A DNA stretch of 64,000 nt from contig CAWAKC010000008.1 in assembly GCA_963782525.1 (NCBI GenBank), positions 26,517 to 90,516 on the forward strand, written 5' to 3'. A program made the translations under genes and the position numbers. The notes beneath the pieces were generated by a model that saw only the letters and a list, made by a program, of their open reading frames with translations, searched no databases and was not told where the DNA came from. This DNA comes from Candidatus Bathyarchaeota archaeon (lineage in GTDB: Archaea > Thermoproteota > Bathyarchaeia > Bathyarchaeales > Bathycorpusculaceae). Below, piece by piece: positions 1 through 9,713 of this stretch. How positions within the stretch are numbered: the stretch's first letter is position 1; each line of letters opens with the position of its first letter.

Positions 1-10
1 AGGTTTAGGT

Positions 11-493
11 GTGTTAAATTTGAAAAGCTTAGTAGTCTATTATACCAGAACGGGTAATTCACGTTTCGTTGCGGAAACAATCGCGGCTGAAATAGGAGCA
101 GACGTCGAAGAAGTTATCGACATGAAAAAACGAAGCGGTGTACTCGGATACTTGAGTGGTGGCAAGGATGCTAGGCAAGGAAAAGAAACCCAAATAGCTC
201 TCACAAAGAAGATTCTAGCAGACTACGATCTGATAATTGTTGGAACTCCCATTTGGGCAGCAAGATCGACACCCGCAGTAACCACCTACCTCAAAAAGAA
301 CAACCTTTCAGGCAAGAAAGTCGCTGTTTTCTTCACTCAGGGAGGCAAAAAACCGCAGGGCATCGAACAAATTAAAGCGTTAATGCCCAACTCTGAGTGT
401 ATAGCAGAACTCACATTGGTTAGTCCTCTGAAGTCTAAAGAGGAATCGGAAAAACAAATCATCGAATGGTGCAAAACCCTCATCATCCAATAG
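11..493 (+). CDS. Flavodoxin family protein
   Basis: YYTRTGNS phosphate-binding loop, IIVGTPIWA and VAVFFTQGG flavodoxin motifs. Confidence 0.85.
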   Translation: MLNLKSLVVYYTRTGNSRFVAETIAAEIGADVEEVIDMKKRSGVLGYLSGGKDARQGKETQIALTKKILADYDLIIVGTPIWAARSTPAVTTYLKKNNLSGKKVAVFFTQGGKKPQGIEQIKALMPNSECIAELTLVSPLKSKEESEKQIIEWCKTLIIQ

Positions 494-527
494 TTAGATT
501 GACCCATTTCTAATTGGTAATATTTCA

Positions 528-1013
528 ATGTCGGAACAAATTGAACAGAACCTGAAAAACTGGTTTGTCAAGGCAAAAAAAATTGTTGTTGCAGGCATTG
601 GAAACCCCATTCGATCGGATGATTATGTCGGTTTAAAAATTGTTCAAGGTTTGCAGGGTAAGATTTCCGAAAAAGTTTGTCTTTTGGAATGTGAAACAGT
701 TCCAGAAAGCTACCTCTTAGACATCGAGAAGTTTAATCCTACACATGTCTTACTGATAGACGCTGCTTTTTTAGGGTTAAAGCCTGGGGAAGCCAGTGTG
801 GTGAATGCTGAAGAGGTTGCGGATTTTCCCGCTATAACCACGCATATGTTGCCTCTTCGGGTTTTCTGTGACTACATCAAACAGGCAACAGGCGCAAAGA
901 TTGGTTTGATGCTTGTTGAGCCGAAAATCATGGAGTTCGGCGAAGGCTTAAGCGTTGAGGTTGAATCGGCAGCGCAAAAAATAGTGGCAATTCTGATTGA
1001 TTTGCTCAGTTAG
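528..1013 (+). CDS. hycI: Hydrogenase maturation protease (HycI-like)
   Basis: GIGNPIRSDDYVG, ETVPE, LLIDAA and TTH motifs. Confidence 0.85.
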   Translation: MSEQIEQNLKNWFVKAKKIVVAGIGNPIRSDDYVGLKIVQGLQGKISEKVCLLECETVPESYLLDIEKFNPTHVLLIDAAFLGLKPGEASVVNAEEVADFPAITTHMLPLRVFCDYIKQATGAKIGLMLVEPKIMEFGEGLSVEVESAAQKIVAILIDLLS

Positions 1014-1549
1014 GTTTCTTTACGTTTGAAAACGTAATTAGTTGTAAGGGTTATTTTTCCAAACGTAGACGCAGTTCCCACAAATTCAAACTGGTCTTTT
1101 GAAAGCCATCTGAGGATTATCTGTTCTTCTAATTCTTGATCCTCAAAGGATCCTCTCCAAAGCAACTCAAGAGTTCTCTCATCCTTCCACGTCCCAACAT
1201 GGTCGTGGGCGTCGCCTTCAGAAGTTACACTGAAAAGATGCACTTTGCCGCTCGCCAAGTCAAAACTCCATATGTCATTCTCATAGTAATCCTCGTAGCC
1301 TTCGATATGCGTTTCAATTTCAGAGTTTACGCCTAACATAGCTATTTCTTCAGCGGTCATATCGCCACAACCAGACACAACTCTGTCATCGTTGGTTTTC
1401 ATGGCTATGCCTACTGACCATTCACCGATTAACTGCGTAAGCAACTTTACCTCTTTGAATGGTTGGGCCATAAAAATCAAACCAGGAAATATCAAGCATC
1501 CAACAGATGAATTAGGTAATAAAGACTTGTGGTTGGTGGTTTGCAACAA
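1010..1549 (-). CDS. Hypothetical all-beta protein (true start probably the internal MAQPF)
   Basis: Clean ORF with beta-barrel-like pattern (LIGEW, G-W motifs); no family recognised with certainty. Confidence 0.55.
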   Translation of the reverse strand: MLQTTNHKSLLPNSSVGCLIFPGLIFMAQPFKEVKLLTQLIGEWSVGIAMKTNDDRVVSGCGDMTAEEIAMLGVNSEIETHIEGYEDYYENDIWSFDLASGKVHLFSVTSEGDAHDHVGTWKDERTLELLWRGSFEDQELEEQIILRWLSKDQFEFVGTASTFGKITLTTNYVFKRKET

Positions 1550-1627
1550 CGGAAAAGTTGTCTAGGAAAAATTGTTAAAAACCGATTTAAGCGTATACCA
1601 AACACTATGTTTCTGAGGTACAAGCAG

Positions 1628-2190
1628 ATGATGAACCAAAATGAACAAATCGAAAACGTCACTTTCCAAGCCTTAGCACACCCAACACGCAGAACAATAA
1701 TCAGAATTGTAGAATCAAAAAACCAAGGCGTATCCTACACTGAATTAATTACTGAACTTGGAATGTCAACGGGAAAACTAAACTATCATTTGGACCAATT
1801 GAAGGGGTTGATTGAAAAAACAACAATCAACATTACGTGTTGACTCCTTTCGGCAAAAAAGCCATAGAACACCTTAACCTCATTGAACAGAAAATTAGTT
1901 GTGAAGATGAAAAATACGTCAAAATCGCCGTCTTATCACAAAAAACCAGCCTTCAACCCATAGTAAAAGCCTTCCTTACGATTAGCATTGTTTTGTCTGC
2001 TGTTTTAACTGCTGTATGGGTTTTTCTTGCTTACGTATTCATAGTTGAGAGTGCGCCACTAATAGTTTTCATTCTTATGCCAGTTTTGATTGCGGTTGGT
2101 TTTGGCTTGCTTGGGACGTTAATTTATGCTCTGGTTAAAGCGCCTTCACGGGTTAAGCGGTTTGAGCAAAGGTTCTTCGAAGAAAACTAG
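1628..2190 (+). pseudogene. ArsR-family wHTH regulator with C-terminal membrane helices, split by a frameshift
   Basis: FQALAHPTRRTII...GKLNYHLDQLKGLIEK joins NNQHYVLTPFGKKA if one A is added to the A6 run at 1815-1820; may be a sequencing error. Confidence 0.75.
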
Positions 2191-2263
2191 CGGCAAAACC
2201 CAAATTTTCTCATTTGCCTTTTTTGGTTTGGTTAAATATTAATTAGCCAGTTTCAAATTAGCA

Positions 2264-2758
2264 TTGTTTGTGATTGTCATGGCTGGAAAAGCAGTAATCA
2301 TTATGGGTTCCGAGCGGGATTTGGATTTTTCTAGAGAAATCGCGAAGTACCTTAAACTTTTAGGTGTAAGCTATGAGTTTCGGGTGGCTTCAGCCCATAA
2401 GACTCCAGAGAAAGTGCTTGAAGTAATCAAAGAATTTGAAGCAGAAAAAGTCGTTTACGTCACCGTTGCAGGGCGATCCAACGCGTTGAGCGCTTTTATC
2501 GACGGCAACACCACTAAACCAGTTATTGCCTGTCCACCTTACAGCGAAAAATTCGGCGGCGCAGACATCTACTCTTCACTTAGGGTTCCAAGCGGCATCG
2601 GTAGCGTCGTGACCATTGAGTCAGAGGGTGCGGCAATTGTAGCAGCGAAAATTTTGGCGCTTGAAGACTCAGTGTTGTCAGCTGCGGTGAAGGCGTATCA
2701 AGAGGGAAAACGCAAAGAACTCGAAAAAGCTAACGAAACAATCAAAAAACTCAAATAA
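2264..2758 (+). CDS. purE: Phosphoribosylaminoimidazole carboxylase / N5-CAIR mutase
   Basis: IIMGSERD, VASAHKTP, AGRSNAL, PVIACPP motifs. Confidence 0.95.
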   Translation: MFVIVMAGKAVIIMGSERDLDFSREIAKYLKLLGVSYEFRVASAHKTPEKVLEVIKEFEAEKVVYVTVAGRSNALSAFIDGNTTKPVIACPPYSEKFGGADIYSSLRVPSGIGSVVTIESEGAAIVAAKILALEDSVLSAAVKAYQEGKRKELEKANETIKKLK

Positions 2759-2891
2759 ACACCCTTTTCTAATTTGTTAAAGACTTGAAAATCGCAAATA
2801 CAGACTACCCCCTAAGAGGGAGTCTACTATAAAATAGCAAAATATCCATGCGTTTTAACAATTAGTATCGCATTTTTTCAAGCTAAAACAA

Positions 2892-2963
2892 CCGACAAAC
2901 ATTCTATTGAGTGTCGGAAATACTATCCTGAAACATCCGACACTCCTGCAGCCAAATGTCGGG
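2892..2963. repeat. Alternating CCGACA/TGTCGG motifs including a perfect 10-bp inverted repeat
   Basis: GAGTGTCGGA (2909-2918) and TCCGACACTC (2936-2945), plus CCGACA at 2892 and TGTCGG at 2957. Confidence 0.6.
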
Positions 2964-3073
2964 CAATCCATCACCGCAAAAGTAGTTTTTAAAAATAAAC
3001 TTGGCATCGCTACTAACAGGAGCAAAACTTAAGGCGTAAGAGGGTTGGATAGGTATCAGGTGGTGGCTAGATA

Positions 3074-4111
3074 TTGAAAAAAATTCGGAATGATATATTC
3101 CCAAATATTTCACCTTACATCGGTGAAAAAGAAGAGTTATTCAAAATATTGAATGCGCCAAAAGAGGCTGAAGAAGAATTCTTAAAACAATATATTAGCC
3201 GATATAGAGGAGCAAAAATTAAAGAATTCATGGATGAAGTCTATTCAGCTATGGATTCTCAGTTTTCATCCAAAAAAGAATTAGTGGATTATATTAATGC
3301 GATGAATGATGCCGAGACTGCCGAGTTATTCATAAGAATTTGCAAGTTTTATTTCATCTCCAAAAAGTTTCAGCCTACATCATATGTAAAATTAATTATG
3401 ATGTTTTCGATAATCGAGAAAACGATAAGTAAGGAGAAGGAATATGAAGAGTTTCATTCTTGGATTTTTAACCAACGTTCATTAATACAAGAAGGTCTTG
3501 ATAACGCAGAAAAGAAAGACAAAAAGACTTTCCTAAAAATAATCGAAAAATTGAAGGATGAATATTTCAAGCAGTTTGGTTCTCAACGAAACGTTCTTGA
3601 ATTCTTTAAGAATTATGTGACAACCTATAACCAAATTAAACTAATAAAAGCGTTTAAAGCAAATTATACAGACGTAATTGAAAATTTTGAATCCCAAAAC
3701 CCTCTTCTATTACCCCTTCCAGAAAGCATAGCTGAAGCAAGTAAAAAAATTAAACAACCAGTTGAAAATATGATGATGCCATATTGTTTTAACTGGCAAA
3801 AGTGTTTAGTATATTACGGAGAATGCGATTCTTCGGAAACTTGTGAATTAAACAATAAATCAATCTTAGAAGAAACGCTAAAAAAAGTAGTTAAGGACAT
3901 TTACCAATTACGTAATGATTTCGTACATTCAGCTAGAATAACACCTTTAAATGAAGAAGAACCAGATGCTAACTTCTCAGCTAGTACAGTTATTGGTGTT
4001 ATTGGGTCAAAGTACAAACCAATTTCGATTGAAATAACAATCCAGGAATTTGAAAGTATTTTTGAACAATCAATAAAAAAATATTTTGACGCTTATATTA
4101 AAAGAGCCTGA
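3074..4111 (+). CDS. AT-rich HEPN-domain protein (putative RNase / defence)
   Basis: C-terminal LRNDFVH matches HEPN R-x4-H; upstream MFSIIEK helix; visibly more AT-rich than neighbours. Confidence 0.6.
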   Translation: MKKIRNDIFPNISPYIGEKEELFKILNAPKEAEEEFLKQYISRYRGAKIKEFMDEVYSAMDSQFSSKKELVDYINAMNDAETAELFIRICKFYFISKKFQPTSYVKLIMMFSIIEKTISKEKEYEEFHSWIFNQRSLIQEGLDNAEKKDKKTFLKIIEKLKDEYFKQFGSQRNVLEFFKNYVTTYNQIKLIKAFKANYTDVIENFESQNPLLLPLPESIAEASKKIKQPVENMMMPYCFNWQKCLVYYGECDSSETCELNNKSILEETLKKVVKDIYQLRNDFVHSARITPLNEEEPDANFSASTVIGVIGSKYKPISIEITIQEFESIFEQSIKKYFDAYIKRA

Positions 4112-4215
4112 ATGTCTTTTTGCTCTCTTGCGCTTTTTTGCCATAGATAGCTTTTATTGATTGGTTATGTGACCGAAATTAGGCTGGTTTTCTGCGAATA
4201 CTTTTTGTTTGCCCA

Positions 4216-5109
4216 TTGTACATCTATTGGATAGTGACTTTGGTGCCGTTGATTTCAACCTTTGACCCTTGGCGTTCAGGCCTCTGCACATGCCCACCCA
4301 AGTTGACTTTTAATCCTTATACGGGATGCGACCACCAATGCACCTACTGCTATGCCTCCAGCTACATCCCAAACTTCAAAGACTGCCGCCCCAAAAAAGA
4401 GGCGCTGGCAATGCTCAAGCGGGAAGCAACTAAACTCAAAGGCGAAACCATCTCGATCTCAAACTCTTCTGATCCATACCCACGAGCTGAGGCATCAGAG
4501 GGGTTAACTCGGCGGTGCCTCGAAATTTTAGTCGAGAGCAATTGCAAAATCCAAATCATAACCAAAAGCAACATCGTAACCCGAGACGACGACCTGCTAA
4601 GCAAGGTTCCTGCGACGGTTGCATTAACCATAACCACTGACGACGACCAACTCGGAAAAATCCTTGAACCCTACGCGCCTTCTCCTTCCCAGCGCATAAG
4701 AGCCGCCCAAGACCTGATCAAAAAAGGCATACCAGTTTCGGTTCGCATTGACCCTATCATTCCCTTCGTAAATGATCAGCCGCAGAAACTCATCAAAACC
4801 CTCGCAATCATCGGCGTCAAACACATAACTGCCTCAACCTACAAAGCAAAACCAGACAACTGGAAACGCCTAACAGAAGCGTTGCCTGAAGTAGCGGAGA
4901 AACTAAAGCCGCTGTATTTCCAGCAAGGCGAACGAGTGGGCGGAAGCATCCTTTTACCCACAGATTATCGCTTCAAAGTACTGAAGAGTATCCGCGATTT
5001 GGCTGACGCGAATGGGTTGAAGTTTGGGGTTTGCCGCGAGGGCTTAGCCCAACTGAACACTGCGCCCTGCGATGGTTCATGGCTAATGCCTAAAATGAAG
5101 GGAGCCTAA
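4216..5109 (+). CDS. Radical SAM protein, spore-photoproduct-lyase-like family
   Basis: FNPYTGCDHQCTYCYA (CxxxCxxC), SSDPY, ITKS, RIDPIIP motifs. Confidence 0.85.
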   Translation: MYIYWIVTLVPLISTFDPWRSGLCTCPPKLTFNPYTGCDHQCTYCYASSYIPNFKDCRPKKEALAMLKREATKLKGETISISNSSDPYPRAEASEGLTRRCLEILVESNCKIQIITKSNIVTRDDDLLSKVPATVALTITTDDDQLGKILEPYAPSPSQRIRAAQDLIKKGIPVSVRIDPIIPFVNDQPQKLIKTLAIIGVKHITASTYKAKPDNWKRLTEALPEVAEKLKPLYFQQGERVGGSILLPTDYRFKVLKSIRDLADANGLKFGVCREGLAQLNTAPCDGSWLMPKMKGA

Positions 5110-5112
5110 CCC

Positions 5113-6216
5113 ATGCAGACTCGAGTGGTTATACTTGCTGATTTTGACTATTTCTTTGCCCAATGCGAAGAACTACGTAATCCAGACATAAAAGACAAAC
5201 CAATTGTCGTCGGCGTCTATTCAGGACGCACCGAAGAAAGCGGAGCAGTGAGCACCAGCAACTACATCGCACGCAAATACGGCGTCAAATCCGGTATGCC
5301 CTTGTTTTTGGCGAAACGTAAACTGGAAGGCACCGAAGCGGTTTTCTTCAAAGTAGACCATGAATATTATGACCAAATCAGCGATCGCATCATGCAGATT
5401 TTCCGAACTTACGCAACCAGCCTTGAGCAAGTTAGTGTGGACGAAGCCTATTTGGATGTTACTGCGCAGGTGGATGGCAGTTTTGAGAAGGCAAGGGATT
5501 ACGCTCAGCAAATCAAAGTCGATGTCAAAGCGCAGGTAGGGATTTCATTCTCGATAGGAGTTGGACCTAACAAGCTTGTCGCCAAAATCGCTTGTGACAG
5601 CCAAAAACCTGATGGCTTAACCATTATTAAACCCGAAGAAACTAAGGCTTTTCTTGCACCCCTCGAAGTTGACCGCCTCTTGGGAGTAGGCAAAAAAACA
5701 ATGGTCCGCATGGAACAGATGGGTATCAAAACCATCGGCGACCTAGCAAAATGCGATTGTCAAAAGCTTATCGAAGTCTTCGGCAAAGCATTAGGCATTT
5801 ACTTTCATAACGCAGCCAATGCTGTCGACAACGAACCCGTTGTTGAGCAGGGAGAAGCAGAATCCATCAGTCGTATCGGAACCCTAAAACAAGACACCCG
5901 GGACTTGGAATTTATTCTTCAGAAAACCAACGAACTAGCCGAAGATGTCTACAAGGACCTGACAAACAGAGCAGTAAGTTTTAAGCTGGTTTCTATTTAT
6001 GCGGTTAATGTGGATTTAAGTTGCAAAAGCCGATCCGTAACACTTGATCAACCAGCAAAAGATAAAGAAACCATCAACAGAAATGTGCGTATGCTTTTCG
6101 AGAAATTTTTGGCGGAGTCACCACTTGGCGTTCGTCGAGTCGGTGTTCGAGTTTCATCCTTCAGTAAAGAAGAGCCAAGGCAGAAGTCACTGTCAAGCTT
6201 TTTCCAAAGTATCTAA
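5113..6216 (+). CDS. dinB: DNA polymerase IV (Dpo4/DinB, Y family)
   Basis: DFDYFFAQ, SNYIARKYGVKSGMP, SVDEAYLD, NKLVAKIA, KPDG; C-terminal PIP box QKSLSSFF. Confidence 0.95.
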   Translation: MQTRVVILADFDYFFAQCEELRNPDIKDKPIVVGVYSGRTEESGAVSTSNYIARKYGVKSGMPLFLAKRKLEGTEAVFFKVDHEYYDQISDRIMQIFRTYATSLEQVSVDEAYLDVTAQVDGSFEKARDYAQQIKVDVKAQVGISFSIGVGPNKLVAKIACDSQKPDGLTIIKPEETKAFLAPLEVDRLLGVGKKTMVRMEQMGIKTIGDLAKCDCQKLIEVFGKALGIYFHNAANAVDNEPVVEQGEAESISRIGTLKQDTRDLEFILQKTNELAEDVYKDLTNRAVSFKLVSIYAVNVDLSCKSRSVTLDQPAKDKETINRNVRMLFEKFLAESPLGVRRVGVRVSSFSKEEPRQKSLSSFFQSI

Positions 6217-6301
6217 TAGTACGTACGTTTATTTTTTTTCAGCGAATAAGCTTAAATCACACCTGAATATATTTCGACATTGAATCCCTTGAGTTGGTAC
6301 A

Positions 6302-6532
6302 ATGAAAAGAGACGAAGCGCTAGCACTGTTGAAAGAGTTAATGATTGTATGCGAGACTATGCGTTTTGCACCTGTTGTCTCGTTAACGCCTAGCCCAACA
6401 CCGGGGCGATGGAGATTACACCTCAAATGGGCGGACAGCCAAGAAAAGGGCTGCTTTGAAAGACTAATCCAAGAACGAGGATTAAAAGCAACTGAAACAG
6501 CAGACGGTTATACAATCTTCCTCAAATCCTAA
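6302..6532 (+). CDS. Small hypothetical protein
   Basis: 76-aa ATG ORF filling the intergenic space. Confidence 0.55.
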   Translation: MKRDEALALLKELMIVCETMRFAPVVSLTPSPTPGRWRLHLKWADSQEKGCFERLIQERGLKATETADGYTIFLKS

Positions 6533-6586
6533 ATTTAATTATTCCAAAGTGTTTTAAGCAAAGTTTTTCTTTTCCCAATCTTATAA

Positions 6587-7189
6587 GTGATTAGTGATAT
6601 TTTGTCCGCTAAAAAACAGAGGTTGCCGCCCGACCAAGAATCTACCGACCGTATTTTACGTTGGGGATACGACCACTCAGGAATAACTTCAACCAGCCCC
6701 CAGTTTCAATTGGAAACCTACACCTTAACCATTGATGGCGAAGTTGAAAAACCCGTTAAGATTAGCTGGAACGATTTTATGGCTTTACCCCAAACCGTTT
6801 CTATCAGCGATTTTCATTGTGTGGAAGGTTGGAGTGTATTGGATTGCAAGTGGGAAGGCGTCAAAATCAAAGACATCGAAAAACTCGTCAAACCCAAAGC
6901 AGTAGCGCGTTGTGTAACTATTGATTGTGCGGATAACTATCGGACCTCGCTTTTTCGGGAGGAACTTGCGGGCGATGATGTGTTGTTGGCTTACAAACTT
7001 AACGGTGAGGTGTTGGAGGAGGGACTAGGTTTTCCGTTGCGTTTAATTGTGCCCAGTAAGTATGCGTATAAGAGTGCGCTTTGGGTGGTGCGTTTGGGGT
7101 TTACTCGGGGCAAGGAACTTGGGTTTTGGGAGCGGCGGGGGTACAGCGATAGCGCCGACGTGTGGAAGAACGACCGTTTCAACCGCTAA
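6587..7189 (+). CDS. Molybdopterin-dependent oxidoreductase (sulfite oxidase/MsrP-like)
   Basis: DFHCVEGWS, W.GV, GFPLRLIVP..YAYKS..W, GFWERRGY motifs. Confidence 0.9.
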   Translation: MISDILSAKKQRLPPDQESTDRILRWGYDHSGITSTSPQFQLETYTLTIDGEVEKPVKISWNDFMALPQTVSISDFHCVEGWSVLDCKWEGVKIKDIEKLVKPKAVARCVTIDCADNYRTSLFREELAGDDVLLAYKLNGEVLEEGLGFPLRLIVPSKYAYKSALWVVRLGFTRGKELGFWERRGYSDSADVWKNDRFNR

Positions 7190-7343
7190 TCGGATAGATT
7201 GGCTGTGTATAATTAACTCGTTATGTGTGTGTCATATTTTTTCATTTACAATCATTTATTAATCCAATGAACGTTTTTAAGATCGGGATAAAGTTTATAA
7301 GCGAACTTTAACATGTCGTTGGCTCTTTAAGAGGTCGAAAAAT

Positions 7344-7481
7344 ATGGCACAGAAAAATGAAGTAAGGCACAGCGCAAAATGCCAAATAACCGCCGAAACA
7401 ACGGTTGCATTAGCATCAACCGTGCCTTCACAGAAACGAAAAGAAGATGCAAAGAAAACACTATACCTAAACAGAATTTAA
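7344..7481 (+). CDS. Small hypothetical protein (45 aa, not in ORF track)
   Basis: MAQKNEVRHSAKCQ...YLNRI*; GAGGT RBS-like at 7331 and TTTATA box at ~7294. Confidence 0.35.
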   Translation: MAQKNEVRHSAKCQITAETTVALASTVPSQKRKEDAKKTLYLNRI

Positions 7482-7573
7482 CTAAGAAATCTGCGCCTAT
7501 CAGAAAGTTTTTGGCGCAGTTGAACTCTTTTATAGTTGAGTTTCTCAGTTTTAAGCAGAAAAGAGGCTAAACC

Positions 7574-8017
7574 TTGAACTACACAGAAGCCAACCTCAAT
7601 AGAATCTTCATCCTAAGACTTCACAACGACGAAATCCTCCACGAAGTCATAGAAAAATTCGCCGCAGAAAAACAAATCAAAAGTGCGTTATGTTTTTTCC
7701 TCGGCGGCGCCCAAGATAAAAGCAAAGTAGTTGTGGGACCAAAAGACGGCAAAGCAATACCCCCCGAACCCATGATTACTCTTCTCGAGGGCGTCCATGA
7801 AGGCTTGGGCGTTGGAACAATATTTGCTGATGAAGAAGGTAAACCCAAACTGCACATGCACGCAAGTTTTGGCAGAAACGACAACGCAGTCACAGGTTGT
7901 GTTCGGTTAGGCGTCGAGGTTTGGCAAATCGGCGAAGTCGTCATCTTAGAATTGGCAGGTAGCACAGCAAAACGAGAAAAGAACAAGGAAACCGGCTTCG
8001 AATTTTTAGAATGCTAA
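7574..8017 (+). CDS. PPC / DUF296 domain protein
   Basis: FILRL..DEI, GVGTI, HMHASFG motifs. Confidence 0.85.
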   Translation: MNYTEANLNRIFILRLHNDEILHEVIEKFAAEKQIKSALCFFLGGAQDKSKVVVGPKDGKAIPPEPMITLLEGVHEGLGVGTIFADEEGKPKLHMHASFGRNDNAVTGCVRLGVEVWQIGEVVILELAGSTAKREKNKETGFEFLEC

Positions 8018-9558
8018 CCTAAGAAGCGGACAAGGAAGATCCTATGTCCCATCCAACCGTTGAAGTCTCCCCAGAATGGTTGGTCCTGTGGATCCCCAAA
8101 CCTGCCCGTAGCTGCAATCATGGTTTTAACCTGAGTATAATCGAGTGTTGAATTGAAGAATTGAGTGTTGATTCCGAAGTCGTAGAGGATTATGTATTTT
8201 ACGTTTCTCTGGACGCAGAGGTTCACGAACTCGGTGATGTTAAAGTTAGGTGTGAAAGCATCCACTGCCAATGCGGGGTACTGCCAGATTTGGTCACTTG
8301 ACATGTTAGCGGGCAAGTAGAAACGGAACATGTCTTGGTCGAGAAGGTTAAACGAGCAAACCAGCACGGCAGATTGATTTTGGTCTAAATGGTGTGCTAA
8401 GTAATCGGTGGCTTCTTGGATGGGGATGTGGATTTGGTCTCTAACTGTCATCTGGTAAGAGTCATAACTGGCGTAAGCAACTGCCGACCCTATTAAAACG
8501 ATGAAGAATGCGGCGGCAAGCTTCTTTGTGCGGTCCGCTTTGAATCCGATTTGATGAGGCTTCCATGCATGGACTCTCCCGTAAAGGAACATTATGAAGC
8601 ATGCGGCGGAAATAGCTAAAATCGGAAAAAGCGGGGTCACATAACGCCACTGCCTATTAGGAATCAACGTAAAGAAAACATAAACTACCACAAACCACGT
8701 AAAAAAGAAAATGTCCTGTTTTTTTCTTCGATACGCAAACAAACCTAACCCAGCTAAGCCCAACGCAAAAATCGGCAGCGAAATCGGGTGGACAGCGATG
8801 TCGTTGAAGGGCCATGCCATCTCGACGAGATAGTAGATGGGGATGGGTTGGAATCGGTTGCTGTAGGCTGGGCGGTCCTGTCCACCTTCACTCATAACGT
8901 ACTGGAGCGTTTGGAATTTGGTGACGCCGTCGTAGTGGTAGATCATGACAAACCAGGGCACCACAACTAAGACTGCAATCAGGCAAATTATCAGAAATTT
9001 TGTTAGGCTAAGCTTTAGGCGTTTTCGGGACAGAAACAGGATGCTCAGTAACATGGCGAGGGCGGCTACGACAATCTGGTATTTCGCCAAAACTCCTATG
9101 CCTAAGGCTAAACCGCTGAAAATGAGCGCCTTATTACTGTCTTTGGTTATCCACGAATAGAACGCAAACATCACGAGGGTGAAGAAGAAGATGAGCATGG
9201 TTTCCAGCATGGTTACTCGGGAGAGCCAAAAGAACCCAGGCATCGTCCCCAACAGAATGCTTGCGATTAGTGCGTTTCTTTGTCCATACGTTTTTTTGGT
9301 AAATTCAAAAAGAAGAGCAATTGCTAACACCGAAAACGTCACTGCCACCAAACGCCCTGCTACTTGAGTTGCCCCAAAAATCTGGAAGAAACCAGTAGTG
9401 ACAAGGTCGAAGATGGGTGGGTAATAGCCGTAAGTGGTCATGTAATCCCATGTTTGCCCACGCGAAAGCATTGTGGCGCCGTAGAGATGGGGCATTTCAT
9501 CCCATTGCACCGACATATAACCCAGATTGTACAATGCAAAGAAAGCGAAAATAACCAA
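8014..9558 (-). CDS. ArnT/PMT-family (GT-C) membrane glycosyltransferase
   Basis: WDEMPH, YPPIF, AGRL, multiple TM helices, RYVTPLFP; the frame stays open for some distance upstream. Confidence 0.85.
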   Translation of the reverse strand: MVIFAFFALYNLGYMSVQWDEMPHLYGATMLSRGQTWDYMTTYGYYPPIFDLVTTGFFQIFGATQVAGRLVAVTFSVLAIALLFEFTKKTYGQRNALIASILLGTMPGFFWLSRVTMLETMLIFFFTLVMFAFYSWITKDSNKALIFSGLALGIGVLAKYQIVVAALAMLLSILFLSRKRLKLSLTKFLIICLIAVLVVVPWFVMIYHYDGVTKFQTLQYVMSEGGQDRPAYSNRFQPIPIYYLVEMAWPFNDIAVHPISLPIFALGLAGLGLFAYRRKKQDIFFFTWFVVVYVFFTLIPNRQWRYVTPLFPILAISAACFIMFLYGRVHAWKPHQIGFKADRTKKLAAAFFIVLIGSAVAYASYDSYQMTVRDQIHIPIQEATDYLAHHLDQNQSAVLVCSFNLLDQDMFRFYLPANMSSDQIWQYPALAVDAFTPNFNITEFVNLCVQRNVKYIILYDFGINTQFFNSTLDYTQVKTMIAATGRFGDPQDQPFWGDFNGWMGHRIFLVRFLG

Positions 9559-9713
9559 GAAAACCAGCAGTAACAGTCGATATTGATGTTTTTTGACGAA
9601 CCCTGCTAAACTATGAGTGGATAGTTCGCCGGTGCCGGTTAATTGGGTGATGTTTTGTGACCCCTTATGGATTGAAAATTACATAGTTGCTTCTAAAAAG
9701 AGTTTGCGGATAA

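Noticed and set aside
1811-1825. Programmed -1 frameshift in the ArsR gene
   Set aside because: The A6C run is not phased as X XXY YYZ in the zero frame and no stimulatory structure is evident; an indel is simpler.
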